A stretch of 64,000 nt of DNA from Flavobacteriales bacterium (GCA_011526365.1 WTIO01000044.1:106791-170790), one strand, 5' to 3'. Counted from the first letter of the stretch, positions 28,169 to 37,269 are shown. The notes: a model not told the origin generated them from the letters alone. Program-made: numbers and translations.

Positions 28169-28813
28169 TTAGAGCGACCAAGATTTTCCTCCAGTAGTTT
28201 CCTGTAAATCCACACACCCCTTTTGTTGGCCTGGAATAGACGCATAGGGGCGTACTTCTTCCCCAATAAATTCATTGGTTTTATACGCTTGCACGGCACG
28301 GTTTCTCAGGGTTTGTGCAAAGTCGTAGGCTAAAGGAACCTCTGGTACATCATTGGTAGCAATGTTTTTGTTCTCCGCATCAAGGTAGCGATACAGCGCC
28401 GCATTCCATTGATCTGTTTTTTCCTTAGAGCCGCGGAGGTATTTTGACAATTGCGCTTCTAATTCATCTGTAGCTACAGCAGCTAGACTACTCTTACTGG
28501 TTTCTTTAAGACACATGTTTTCAAAAGCGTCGAGTCCCATAAGCAGGCGGTCTTGATCCATTTTGCTGAGCACCAAATCATAATAGGTGTCAATAAAAGC
28601 AATGAGGTTGAGTTCGCTTGCGGAAGGCGTGTCGGTTTTCGGTAAAATAATGTCCAATAGAGTATTGACAAAACCGATTTTATTTTTTGGAAAAATGGCC
28701 GGTTGCCAAGAGGGATCTTGCGTACAGCTTTGAAGTGTACTTAACAGTGTTGGGGTTAGTGCTGTAGCACCTACGGTATAGCCTAAGTTTTTTAAAAGTT
28801 CTCTTCGATTCAT
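28169..28813 (-). CDS. Gluconate 2-dehydrogenase subunit 3-family protein (Tat-signal small subunit of an FAD dehydrogenase complex)
   Basis: Twin-arginine leader MNRRELLKNLGYTVGATAL. About 214 aa, immediately downstream of the GMC gene. Confidence 0.75.
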   Translation of the reverse strand: MNRRELLKNLGYTVGATALTPTLLSTLQSCTQDPSWQPAIFPKNKIGFVNTLLDIILPKTDTPSASELNLIAFIDTYYDLVLSKMDQDRLLMGLDAFENMCLKETSKSSLAAVATDELEAQLSKYLRGSKEKTDQWNAALYRYLDAENKNIATNDVPEVPLAYDFAQTLRNRAVQAYKTNEFIGEEVRPYASIPGQQKGCVDLQETTGGKSWSL

Positions 28814-28824
28814 AATCCGTGCGA

Positions 28825-30543
28825 TCAAATGTTCATTTTTTTCAATTGCTCCACTGCGTGATTGACAGCTCTTGCCGTTAGTGCCATATAGGTTAAAGAA
28901 GGATTAACATTACTGGCTGAAGTCATAGCTGCACCGTCTGTAACATAAACGTTGGGTACGGAGTGAACCTGGTTGTAGGCGCCTAAAACTGAAGTTTTAG
29001 GATCTCTCCCCATACGTGCAGTTCCCATTTCGTGAATCCCTAAACCTAAGGCATAATTGTTATCGTAGCCACTAACATTTTTAAAGCCTGCTTTTTCAAG
29101 CATTTCTACGGCTTGTTCCTTCATGTCCTTTCGCATTTCTAATTCATTTTCGCGAATGGTAGCATCAAAGGTGACAGTGGGCAGTCCCCATTGATCTTTT
29201 TTGTCGTAGTCCAAATACATTTTATTTTCGTGGTACGGCAAGGTTTCTCCAAATCCGTTAATGGACATTGACCACTGGTCAACATTGAGGATTTCACTCT
29301 TAAACTCTTTTCCGAAGGCTAACTCTTCTGCTGATGGATTTCCACCATTTCTAAAACCATCACCTTGGTACCCATACCCTCTAAGAAAATTCTTCTGGTT
29401 TGTTTTTCCTCCAATATTTCTGAAACGCGGAATGTAAATTCCGTTGGGGCGTCTTCCAGTGTGATACTTATCCTTAAAACCTTCAAAAACTCCTTTAGCT
29501 CCAACTTGGAAATGGTGGTCCATAAGATTGTGTCCAAGTTCTCCAGAATCATTACCTAAGCCGTTAGGGAAACGATCGGAAGTGGACTGCATAAGAATAC
29601 CCGTTGATGCTACTGCAGAAGCACATAGGAAAACGACCTTAGCTTTAAATTCAATTTCTTCTTTGGTTACTGTATCTATAATTTTTACTCCAGTAGCGCG
29701 TTTGCTGTCAGCATCATACATCACTTGGTAAGCGATAGAATTAGGACGAAGGGTCATATTTCCTGTAGCTTCAGCCGCTGGTAATGTGGAGGTTAAGCTA
29801 CTAAAGTAAGCACTAAATGGACACCCTCTTCGGCAACGATTTCTGTATTGACAAGCACTTCTGCCTAACCCTGGTTTGGTTCCTTCAGTAATATGAGCAG
29901 TTCTACCTATAGTTAAAACACGGTCAGTGTACTGCTCTTTTAAAGAAGTTTTAAAATGCTCTTCTACGCAAGTAAGCTCCATAGGCTTTAAGTATTGCCC
30001 ATCGGGGAAGTGATCTAGACCTAAGGATTCTCCACTCACACCAATGTAATTTTCTACATAACTATACCAAGGTGCTAAATCACTATAACGCATAGGCCAG
30101 TCGACAGCTACACCCTCTTTGAGGTTGGCTTCAAAATCTAAAGGGCTCAGTCTATAACTTTGTCGACCCCAAGTAATTGAACGGCCACCAAGATGATACC
30201 CTCGCATCCAATCAAAGCGTTGTACCTCATTGTAAGGATGATCTAGGTCATCAACAAAGAAATGTTTGTCAGATTCTTTAGTTGTATAACCTGTTCTGGA
30301 TTGTTTGGGTTGTCTCTCTATTGTGGCTTTAGTTATGGTATTACCACTAGGAAAATCCCAAGGGTCTTTGTGCATAGTGGGATAATCTTCTATATGTTTC
30401 ACCATTCGCCCACGCTCTAGCACTAGGGTTTTTAATCCTTTTTCGCAGAGTTCTTTAGCAGCCCATCCGCCACTTACTCCTGTACCTACAACTATTGCTT
30501 CAAATTCATTCGTCTCCAATTCAATCTTTTTTAAAATAAGCAA
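28825..30543 (-). CDS. GMC-family FAD-dependent oxidoreductase, putative catalytic subunit of a periplasmic sugar/glycoside dehydrogenase
   Basis: Contains FEAIVVGTGVSGGWAAKEL (FAD GxGxxG), HEMGTARMG near the C-terminus, and the Cys motif CQYRNRCRRGCP. There is no in-frame ATG, so the start is a TTG at 30543 or 30519. Confidence 0.85.
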   Translation of the reverse strand: MLILKKIELETNEFEAIVVGTGVSGGWAAKELCEKGLKTLVLERGRMVKHIEDYPTMHKDPWDFPSGNTITKATIERQPKQSRTGYTTKESDKHFFVDDLDHPYNEVQRFDWMRGYHLGGRSITWGRQSYRLSPLDFEANLKEGVAVDWPMRYSDLAPWYSYVENYIGVSGESLGLDHFPDGQYLKPMELTCVEEHFKTSLKEQYTDRVLTIGRTAHITEGTKPGLGRSACQYRNRCRRGCPFSAYFSSLTSTLPAAEATGNMTLRPNSIAYQVMYDADSKRATGVKIIDTVTKEEIEFKAKVVFLCASAVASTGILMQSTSDRFPNGLGNDSGELGHNLMDHHFQVGAKGVFEGFKDKYHTGRRPNGIYIPRFRNIGGKTNQKNFLRGYGYQGDGFRNGGNPSAEELAFGKEFKSEILNVDQWSMSINGFGETLPYHENKMYLDYDKKDQWGLPTVTFDATIRENELEMRKDMKEQAVEMLEKAGFKNVSGYDNNYALGLGIHEMGTARMGRDPKTSVLGAYNQVHSVPNVYVTDGAAMTSASNVNPSLTYMALTARAVNHAVEQLKKMNI

Positions 30544-30672
30544 CCAAATTTAGTATTTTTTGTAAGACAGAAAAATGACAAAGTAGTTAATTGATAAAAT
30601 GTTTTTTGATTTTTTATCTTTAACGCAATCAATATTGAAATTTTCGACTAATACCTTATCAAACGTCAACTT

Positions 30673-31647
30673 ATGTTATCAAAAAAAAGCAACTTCTTTT
30701 CTGCTATTACCACTCTTATTTTTGTGCTAGGAACACTCAGCAGTTGTAAACAACCAACCAAAAAAAATAAAGCGACCCCCGAAGCCACCCCATTTTTTAA
30801 ACTCTCCTTAGCGCAGTGGTCGATGCACCGTATGATTAAATCGGGAAAAGTTTCTCCCTACACTTTTGCTGAAAAGGCAAAAGCTTGGGGCTTTGAGGGC
30901 TTAGAATATGTGAACAACCTATACCCCGATGTTATGAAAAGTGATAACAAGCCACAAGCCCTAGCAGCATTTATTGCCAAAAGCAATGAAAAAGCTAAAG
31001 AACACGGCATGAAAAACGTCCTTATTATGATTGACAGTGAAGGGGACTTAGCCTCTAGCGATGCCGCAGTAAGGGAGCAAGCCATAGAAAATCATAAGCA
31101 GTGGATTGATGCCGCAGAAAAAATGGGCTGTATCGCGGTACGCTTAAACCTGCATGGGGAAAGTGATAAGAAACGTTGGGTAACCAATTCCATTGCAAGT
31201 TTAACGGAGTTGTCCAACTATGCTGCGCCTAAAAACATTAATGTAATTGTGGAAAACCACGGCAGACTATCCTCCAATGCGAAACTGTTGATGGAGGTGA
31301 TTAATGGTGTAAATTTAGACAACTGTGGTACGTTGCCCGACTTTGGGAATTTTTGCATGAGTGAAGGCTATGGATCCCTACGCGGAAATAATTGTGACGA
31401 TCCCTACGACCCCTACCTTGGCGTTAAAGAAATGATGTCCAAAGCCTTTGGCGTGAGTGCTAAATCCTATGATTTTGATACCTACGGAAATGAATCGAAT
31501 TTAAATTTTAACACCCTTTTAAAAATCGTTAAGGACAGCGGCTACATGGGCTTTATTGGGGTAGAATATGAAGGCTCCGAATTAAGTGAAGAAGAGGGTA
31601 TTGCCGCAACGCGTGCACTCTTATTAAAAATTGCTAAGGAACTTTAA
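30673..31647 (+). CDS. Xylose-isomerase-like TIM-barrel protein (sugar phosphate isomerase/epimerase family) with a lipoprotein signal
   Basis: Lipobox LGTLSSCKQ. VENHG and EYEG metal-ligand-type motifs of the AP_endonuc_2 fold. Confidence 0.75.
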   Translation: MLSKKSNFFSAITTLIFVLGTLSSCKQPTKKNKATPEATPFFKLSLAQWSMHRMIKSGKVSPYTFAEKAKAWGFEGLEYVNNLYPDVMKSDNKPQALAAFIAKSNEKAKEHGMKNVLIMIDSEGDLASSDAAVREQAIENHKQWIDAAEKMGCIAVRLNLHGESDKKRWVTNSIASLTELSNYAAPKNINVIVENHGRLSSNAKLLMEVINGVNLDNCGTLPDFGNFCMSEGYGSLRGNNCDDPYDPYLGVKEMMSKAFGVSAKSYDFDTYGNESNLNFNTLLKIVKDSGYMGFIGVEYEGSELSEEEGIAATRALLLKIAKEL

Positions 31648-31671
31648 ACCATCACAAAAAACGAAACCAAA

Positions 31672-32877
31672 ATGAAAACTACTACACGCATTCAACTTTC
31701 CTTAATGATGTTCCTCGAATTTTTTATTTGGGGGGGCTGGTTTGTTACCATGGGTACCTACCTGTCGCAAGCATTTAGCGCTTCGGGAGGACAATTGGCC
31801 ATGGCCTACGAAACCCAATCCATTGGTGCCATTGTAGCTCCTTTTATTATAGGACTTATTGCCGATCGCTACTTTTCGGCACAAAAAATTCTTGGGGTAC
31901 TGCACCTGATTGGCGCAGTATTGTTGTATCAAGCTGCGGTAGCCGCAGACTTCGGTACTTTTTATCCCTATATTCTCATCTATATGATTCTTTACATGCC
32001 CACCCTAGCCCTGGTGAATTCTGTGGCTTTTCGTCAAATGCAAGATCCCTCTAAGGAATTTGCATCTATTCGGGTGTTGGGTACCATCGGATGGATCGTT
32101 GCCGGAATTGTTATCGGCTACTTTGGCTGGGAATCTAAAAATATTTTAGAAAACACCTTTTATTTTACCGCGGGCGCTTCGGCCCTGTTAGGAGTATTTA
32201 GTTTTACCCTTCCCAAAACACCCCCTACTGCAAAAGGAGAAACCACACAAATTAGAGATATCCTTGGCTTAGACGCCCTTGCGATGCTGAAAGACGCACG
32301 TTTTTTAGTGTTCTTTATTGCTTCTATCCTCATTTGTATTCCTTTGGCTTTTTATTACCAGCATGCCAATCAGTTTTTAAATGAACTAGGCATGGAAGCA
32401 GCAGCAGCTAAAATGACGCTTGGGCAAGCTTCTGAGGTGGCCTTTATGCTATTGTTACCCTTGTTTTTAAAGCGCTACGGAATTAAAACTACCTTGGTTG
32501 TGGGCATGATTGCCTGGGCGGTGCGCTATATTCTTTTTGCCTTTGGCGACGTTGGCGAACAAAGTTGGATGCTCATTTTTGGCATCCTCTTACACGGTAT
32601 TTGTTATGACTTTTTCTTTGTTTCAGGACAAATTTACACCGACTACAAGGCAGGAGAAAAATTTAAAAGTGCTGCACAAGGGCTAATCACCTTAGCCACC
32701 TATGGTTTAGGGATGCTTATTGGTTTCCGAACTGCTGGCTACATCACCGATCAATATGCCATCGCCGAAGGCCACGATTGGACGCAAATCTGGTTGTTAC
32801 CAGCAGGCTTTTCTGCCCTAGTGTTTTTATATTTACTCTTCTCATTTAAGAACGAAAAAATACAACTCCAATCATGA
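31672..32877 (+). CDS. MFS transporter, nucleoside:H+ symporter (NupG/XapB-like) family
   Basis: 401 aa with 12 predicted helices. The N-terminus LSLMMFLEFFIWGGWFVTMGTYL is characteristic of the family. Confidence 0.75.
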   Translation: MKTTTRIQLSLMMFLEFFIWGGWFVTMGTYLSQAFSASGGQLAMAYETQSIGAIVAPFIIGLIADRYFSAQKILGVLHLIGAVLLYQAAVAADFGTFYPYILIYMILYMPTLALVNSVAFRQMQDPSKEFASIRVLGTIGWIVAGIVIGYFGWESKNILENTFYFTAGASALLGVFSFTLPKTPPTAKGETTQIRDILGLDALAMLKDARFLVFFIASILICIPLAFYYQHANQFLNELGMEAAAAKMTLGQASEVAFMLLLPLFLKRYGIKTTLVVGMIAWAVRYILFAFGDVGEQSWMLIFGILLHGICYDFFFVSGQIYTDYKAGEKFKSAAQGLITLATYGLGMLIGFRTAGYITDQYAIAEGHDWTQIWLLPAGFSALVFLYLLFSFKNEKIQLQS

Positions 32878-34019
32878 GTGATAAAATACGATTAGGAATT
32901 CTTGGTGGTGGAGGTGACTCCCTCATAGGCATTGTACACCGAATTGCCGCAAATATGTTTGACCGCTATGAATTGGTGGGAGGCTGTTTTAATCCTAAGC
33001 CCGAAGAAAATACAGCCTTTGCCCAGCATTTGGGTTTGGCTGCAAACCGTGTGTACCCCTCCATAGAGGCTTTAGTAGCAGGGGAACTGGCCCTGCCCGA
33101 AGAAGAACGTATGGAAGTGGTGTCTGTACTCACACCTAACTTTTTGCATTTCCCCATGGCCAAAAAGCTACTGGAAAATGGCTTTCATGTGATTTGTGAA
33201 AAACCTTTGACCACCACCTATGCCGAAGCTCAGGAGTTAGCGGCGCTTCAAAAACAGCAACAAAAAGTATTTGCTGTTACCTACACCTACACTGGCTATC
33301 CCATGGTACGGCAAATGAAACACATGATTGCCCAGGGTGAAATTGGCGCCATTCAACGTGTTGATTTACAGTACTACCAGGGTTGGATTAACCCCATTAT
33401 TCACGACGCTGCACAACGAGCTGCCACTTGGCGATTGCAACCTGACAAATCGGGGATTAGCTGTTGCGTTGGGGACATTGGAACCCACGCTTTTGACATG
33501 CTAGAATATGTTACCGGACAACAGGTAGATCAGCTTTTAGCCGATCTCAATTTTCTCTACCCCGATAATCCTATGGATATTGACGCCACCATTTTAGTGC
33601 GTATGCAAAACAAGGCCAAAGGAGTGATACGTGTAAGTCAAATTGCTACTGGGGAAGAAAATAACTTTAGCGTTGCCATTTATGGGCGTAAAGGGGCCTT
33701 AAAGTGGGAGCAAGAAAATCCCAACTATTTACATCACCTCACCGAAGATCAACCTTTTCAAACCCTAAAACGAGGGAATGCTTATATTGCAGCTGTAGCT
33801 CAGGACGGTGTTAAAATCCCCTCGGGCCATCCCGAAGGTATTTTTGATGCTATGGGGAACATTTACAAGGGTGTTGCCAAAGCCATTCGGAATGAAAAAG
33901 CTTTTGATGGGGAATACCCCAGCTTAGAAGACGGCGTGCGTGGCATGCAATTTATTGAGCAAGTAGTGGCTTCCCATAAAGCGGGGAATCAGTGGATCAC
34001 TATGGGTACTAACACATAA
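32874..34019 (+). CDS. Gfo/Idh/MocA-family NAD(P)-dependent oxidoreductase (cytoplasmic)
   Basis: N-terminal Rossmann loop RLGILGGGGDSLIG, an EKPL motif (ICEKPLT), and no signal peptide. Overlaps the permease gene by 4 nt. Confidence 0.85.
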   Translation: MSDKIRLGILGGGGDSLIGIVHRIAANMFDRYELVGGCFNPKPEENTAFAQHLGLAANRVYPSIEALVAGELALPEEERMEVVSVLTPNFLHFPMAKKLLENGFHVICEKPLTTTYAEAQELAALQKQQQKVFAVTYTYTGYPMVRQMKHMIAQGEIGAIQRVDLQYYQGWINPIIHDAAQRAATWRLQPDKSGISCCVGDIGTHAFDMLEYVTGQQVDQLLADLNFLYPDNPMDIDATILVRMQNKAKGVIRVSQIATGEENNFSVAIYGRKGALKWEQENPNYLHHLTEDQPFQTLKRGNAYIAAVAQDGVKIPSGHPEGIFDAMGNIYKGVAKAIRNEKAFDGEYPSLEDGVRGMQFIEQVVASHKAGNQWITMGTNT

Positions 34020-34029
34020 GTATAAACCT

Positions 34030-35085
34030 ATGAAAACAGTTAAAGGACCTGCGCTATTTTTAGCCCAGTTTGTAGATGAAAAAGCCCCCTTCAATTCCCT
34101 GGATGGCATGTGCCAATGGGCTGCAGATTTGGGCTACAAGGGAATTCAAATTCCCACTTGGGTTGACTTTTTAATTGATTTGGACAAGGCTGCTGAAAGC
34201 CAAACCTATTGTGATGAGCTAAGAGGAAAGGTTAACAGCTATGGTTTAGAAATTACTGAACTCTCCACCCACCTTCAGGGGCAGTTGGTGGCTGTACATC
34301 CTGCCTATGACATCATGTTTGATAATTTTGCTGCACCGCATGTACGCAACAATCCCAAAGCCCGAACCGAATGGGCTATAGCAACAGTTAAAAAAGCAGC
34401 TACTGCCAGTAGACGCTTAGGGCTGAATGCACACGCCACTTTTTCTGGAGCCTTACTTTGGCACACCTGGCACCCTTGGCCACAACAGCCCAAAGGCTTA
34501 GTAGAAATGGGCTTTAAAGAACTGGCCGACCGCTGGACCCCTATTTTAAATCATTTTGATGAAAACGGTGTGGATGTGTGTTATGAAATACACCCTGGGG
34601 AAGACCTCCATGATGGGGTTACCTTCGAACGCTTTTTAGAAGCTACAGGAAAGCACCCACGGGTAAACATTTTGTATGATCCCAGTCATTTTGTTTTACA
34701 GCAATTAGACTACATCACCTACATTGACCACTACCACGAGTTTATTAAGGCCTTTCATGTAAAAGATTCTGAATTCCGCCCTAATGGTAAAAAGGGCGCG
34801 TTTGGAGGCTATGGCGATTGGAAAGACCGTGCAGGGCGCTACCGCTCTCCGGGAGATGGTCAAGTGGATTTTAAACGCATCTTTACCAAGCTCACCGAAT
34901 ACGGTTGCGACGTTTGGGCCGTACTCGAATGGGAGTGCTGTGTTAAAAGTCCTGAACAAGGGGCACGTGAAGGGGCTCCTTTCATTCAACGTCATATTAT
35001 TGAAGCTACTGAAAAAGCCTTTGATGATTTTGCTGGTGCCGAAATAGACGAAACCACTCTCAAAAAAATTCTTCATTTAAAATAG
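34030..35085 (+). CDS. Xylose-isomerase-like TIM-barrel protein (sugar phosphate isomerase/epimerase family), cytoplasmic
   Basis: 351 aa with no signal peptide and YEIHPGED, DPSHF and LEWEC motifs of the fold. Confidence 0.75.
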   Translation: MKTVKGPALFLAQFVDEKAPFNSLDGMCQWAADLGYKGIQIPTWVDFLIDLDKAAESQTYCDELRGKVNSYGLEITELSTHLQGQLVAVHPAYDIMFDNFAAPHVRNNPKARTEWAIATVKKAATASRRLGLNAHATFSGALLWHTWHPWPQQPKGLVEMGFKELADRWTPILNHFDENGVDVCYEIHPGEDLHDGVTFERFLEATGKHPRVNILYDPSHFVLQQLDYITYIDHYHEFIKAFHVKDSEFRPNGKKGAFGGYGDWKDRAGRYRSPGDGQVDFKRIFTKLTEYGCDVWAVLEWECCVKSPEQGAREGAPFIQRHIIEATEKAFDDFAGAEIDETTLKKILHLK

Positions 35086-35091
35086 ATTTTA

Positions 35092-35832
35092 ATGCTAAAA
35101 ATTACACCGCTCATTACCGTTGTTCTGAGTTTATTTTTTTCCTCTTTAAACGCCCAACAAATGGATGAAACAATAAAATTTGGCCCGTGGAAAGCAATGT
35201 TTGATGGAAAAACCACCAACGGCTGGCACTGGTACAATAACAAAGGAATGGCGCCCGGTTGGACTGCCGAAAACGGTATGCTGGTCTTTACACCTGTAAA
35301 AGGTCAGGGACAACTGGATATTGTAACCGACACTGAATACACCAATTTTGAATTGGAATTGGAATGGAAGGTGAGCAAAAAAGGAAACAGCGGTTTGTTT
35401 TGGGGTGTAAAAGAAATGGCAGAATACAATGCCCCCTATTTTACGGGGCCTGAAGTGCAAATTCTTGACAACGAACGTCATCCCGATGCCAAAGTAGATG
35501 GAAAATTGCATCAAGCCGGAGCACTTTACGACCTCATAGAACCCAGTGAAGATGTGTGTAACCCCGCTGAATCATGGAACCGTGTGACACTAATGGTAAA
35601 CCACAACACCAACACTGCACACATACAACTCAATGGTACTGTAATCGTTCGTTTTGAGCCTCATGGCCCCAATTGGGAGGCCATGATAAAGCGTTCTAAG
35701 TTTGGCAACAAGCAAAAACACAACTACGTTGAGGCCCCCTTGTTTGGAAAATTCCAAACCGGAAAAATTGCCTTGCAAGATCACGGAGATCCCGTGGCCT
35801 TCAGGAATATCAGGATACGACCAATTTTATAA
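35092..35832 (+). CDS. Secreted DUF1080 (3-keto-disaccharide hydrolase family) protein
   Basis: Signal peptide, FDGKTTNGW near the N-terminus, and GKIALQDHGDPVAFRNIRIRPI at the C-terminus. Both are hallmarks of DUF1080. Confidence 0.8.
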   Translation: MLKITPLITVVLSLFFSSLNAQQMDETIKFGPWKAMFDGKTTNGWHWYNNKGMAPGWTAENGMLVFTPVKGQGQLDIVTDTEYTNFELELEWKVSKKGNSGLFWGVKEMAEYNAPYFTGPEVQILDNERHPDAKVDGKLHQAGALYDLIEPSEDVCNPAESWNRVTLMVNHNTNTAHIQLNGTVIVRFEPHGPNWEAMIKRSKFGNKQKHNYVEAPLFGKFQTGKIALQDHGDPVAFRNIRIRPIL

Positions 35833-35841
35833 ACGATAACT

Positions 35842-36699
35842 ATGGTACTTTCAATGACCGGATATGGAAAATCCGAAGCTACATACAACGGATTAAAGGT
35901 GTTTCTTGAAGTCCGCTCATTGAACAGCAAAAACCTCGACGTCAATACGCGTATCCCCAACCGCTACCGCGAAATGGATGCCCAAATAAGAAAAACCATT
36001 GCAGCGCAACTCCAACGAGGAAAGGTGGACTGTAGTTTGTTTTACGAAAGCACAGACGGACAAACCAATGCTGTAATCAATTTGCCTGTGGTGGAAAGCT
36101 ATATGCATCAACTAGACGCATTGGCTCAGGTGAATGATAAAGAAAAACTAGAAATCGCCATGCGCCTTCCCGATGTACTAAAGGTAGATCGCGATAATTT
36201 AGAAGAAGCAGAAAAGAGCCTCGTACATCAACTTTTGGAAGCTGTGCTAAAGCAGCTCAATACCTACCGAAAAGACGAGGGCCAAGCGCTGTATGACGAT
36301 TTTGTAAAACGCTTACGTCTATTGCAAAAATACCTAAGTACTGTTTCAGCAGCAGATCCACAACGTAAAGAAGCCGTTCGACAACGCCTGCAGGAGGCCC
36401 TGGCTGAAACCAAAGAAAAAATTGACCCCAATCGTTTTGAACAAGAATTAATTTACTACCTGGAAAAATTTGATATCACCGAGGAATTAGTGCGGCTTGA
36501 AAATCATTTAAAATATTTTGAAGAAAACCTTAATGCCCCCCAATCACAAGGAAAAAAACTCGGTTTTATAGCACAAGAAATTGGGCGGGAAATTAACACC
36601 ATTGGTTCTAAGGTGAATGATGCTACGGTACAGCACACTGTAGTGCAGATGAAAGACGAACTCGAAAAAATTAAAGAGCAACTCCTAAACGTTTTGTGA
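35842..36699 (+). CDS. yicC: YicC-family protein (stress-induced endoribonuclease family)
   Basis: N-terminal SMTGYG and the C-terminal DUF1732-like GREINTIGSK motif. Confidence 0.85.
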   Translation: MVLSMTGYGKSEATYNGLKVFLEVRSLNSKNLDVNTRIPNRYREMDAQIRKTIAAQLQRGKVDCSLFYESTDGQTNAVINLPVVESYMHQLDALAQVNDKEKLEIAMRLPDVLKVDRDNLEEAEKSLVHQLLEAVLKQLNTYRKDEGQALYDDFVKRLRLLQKYLSTVSAADPQRKEAVRQRLQEALAETKEKIDPNRFEQELIYYLEKFDITEELVRLENHLKYFEENLNAPQSQGKKLGFIAQEIGREINTIGSKVNDATVQHTVVQMKDELEKIKEQLLNVL

Positions 36700-37269
36700 T
36701 TGGAATCCGGAAAACTTCTTGTTTTTTCAGCACCCTCTGGAAGTGGTAAAACAACCTTAGTGCACCACCTGCTCGCTCAAGGGCTTCCTTTGGAATTTTC
36801 CATATCAGCCACCTCGCGTCCGCCAAGGGCTCATGAAGTGGATGGGAAAGATTATTATTTTTTAAGCCCTACAGTGTTTCAAGAAAAAATTAAGACACAC
36901 GCCTTTGTAGAATACGAGGAAGTGTATGAAGGGCTGTTTTACGGCACCTTAAAATCTGAGTTGGAACGCATTTGGACCATTGGAAAACACGGCATCTTTG
37001 ATATCGATGTACAAGGCGGTCTAAACATAAAAAAACACTATCCCCAACAAACTCTTACCCTATTCATTCAACCCCCAAGCATAGCCGCACTGGAGGAACG
37101 TTTACAACAACGCGGTACCGAAACCCCTGAAAGTTTACAACAACGAGTGGCTAAAGCTGCTGAAGAACTCGCGTTTGCCGATCAGTTTGATGTAGTGATC
37201 GTTAATGATAATTTGGAAGATGCAAAAAAAGAAGTTTTTGAACGCGTGAGCACATTTTTAAAATCATGA
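36700..37269 (+). CDS. gmk: Guanylate kinase
   Basis: P-loop SAPSGSGKTT. TTG start immediately after the yicC TGA, with no ATG upstream of the P-loop. Confidence 0.9.
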   Translation: MESGKLLVFSAPSGSGKTTLVHHLLAQGLPLEFSISATSRPPRAHEVDGKDYYFLSPTVFQEKIKTHAFVEYEEVYEGLFYGTLKSELERIWTIGKHGIFDIDVQGGLNIKKHYPQQTLTLFIQPPSIAALEERLQQRGTETPESLQQRVAKAAEELAFADQFDVVIVNDNLEDAKKEVFERVSTFLKS

